Source: Bryobacterales bacterium (lineage in GTDB: Bacteria; Acidobacteriota; Terriglobia; Bryobacterales; UBA6623). From it: a stretch of DNA of 64,000 nucleotides. Positions 63,411 through 64,000 of this stretch are shown in pieces; positions within the stretch are counted from its first letter, which is position 1, and the number at the start of each line of letters is the position of its first letter. The notes below the pieces were generated by a model, which was not told the DNA's origin, did not search any database, and saw only the letters and a program-made list of their open reading frames with translations. A program made the position numbers and the translations under genes. The stretch lies in contig CAXXKD010000001.1 in the NCBI GenBank assembly GCA_963422375.2, forward strand, positions 384,001 through 448,000. The letters are read 5' to 3'.

Positions 63411-64000
63411 ATGAGCGAGCTTTCGTTCCGTCAGGCAGACCTGCCGGGAATCCGGCCGCTGTACGCGGACCTACTGTTCAATTTCGAGTGCGTTAGGCGC
63501 TTCTACCCCCGCCCCCCGTCGCTGGACGCTGCCTGCGCGGCGGCCGACGCCGTGGCGGACGACGTGAGGATGGACGGGCGTCATCGCCAGCGCCTCGCGG
63601 ACGAACTGGGCAGGCAGAACGAGGGCGTCGACGGAGCGACGCTCGAGAGCATCGATCGGCTGTCGCGGCCGGGCACGGTCGCGGTCGTGACGGGGCAGCA
63701 GGTCGGCCTCTTGGGCGGCCCCGCATTCACCCTGTACAAGGCCTTGACCGCCGTCCGTTGCGCGCGGGAGCTGAGCCATCGGGGAAGGCCCGCCGTCCCG
63801 GTCTTCTGGTTGGCTACCGAGGACCACGATCTCGCGGAGGTCAATCACGCATGGGTGTTCGGACCGGACGGATCTCCCCGGCGCATCGACGCCGTGACGG
63901 ACGCGGAACCGGCCGCCGCCGTGGGAGGGATCCGGGTGGCGGACGCCGGCTTGGATCTGCTGCAAGCCGTGTGCGACGGCTTGCCCTACGCCCCGGGGGC
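63411..64000 (+). CDS. bshC: Bacillithiol biosynthesis cysteine-adding enzyme, partial (runs off the window; absent from the ORF track)
   Basis: Hand translation gives VVTGQQVGLLGGPAFTLYKAL and PVFWLATEDHDLAEVNH. Confidence 0.9.
   Translation, partial: MSELSFRQADLPGIRPLYADLLFNFECVRRFYPRPPSLDAACAAADAVADDVRMDGRHRQRLADELGRQNEGVDGATLESIDRLSRPGTVAVVTGQQVGLLGGPAFTLYKALTAVRCARELSHRGRPAVPVFWLATEDHDLAEVNHAWVFGPDGSPRRIDAVTDAEPAAAVGGIRVADAGLDLLQAVCDGLPYAPG

Overview
High-GC bacterial DNA whose gene content suggests Acidobacteriota (Bryobacterales-like); this is an inference from the DUF1549/1553-DUF1501 genes, FG-GAP/PQQ propellers, bshC and Tat-exported enzymes. Ordinary core genes lie at about 0.5-8, 15.5-21.6, 44-47.6 and 57.6-64 kb. 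They are interrupted by three nested, decaying IS clusters (8-15, 21.6-25.5 and 48.6-57.5 kb; IS1595 of two types, IS5/IS1182-like, IS1380, IS4, IS110, ISNCY and its MITEs) and by an 18-kb defence island (25.7-43.7 kb). The island encodes a SNF2-helicase/DUF3883, a HEPN-DUF499 ATPase and two DUF1156 adenine methyltransferase genes in inverted orientation, one complete and one C-terminally truncated. The two copies share a 623-bp apparently identical block and a second near-identical block, but differ between the blocks. They flank a symmetric cassette with two tyrosine recombinases in the centre and a different accessory effector on each arm. This looks like a shufflon-type, invertible specificity switch for a DUF499/DUF1156 (BREX-related) defence system and is the best novelty candidate. 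An orphan CARF-HEPN-CARF protein sits between IS1595 ends, and the moxR and DUF58 genes of one operon type lie 36 kb apart. No CRISPR array, tRNA or rRNA was seen. All assignments come from motif recognition by eye; no searches were run.
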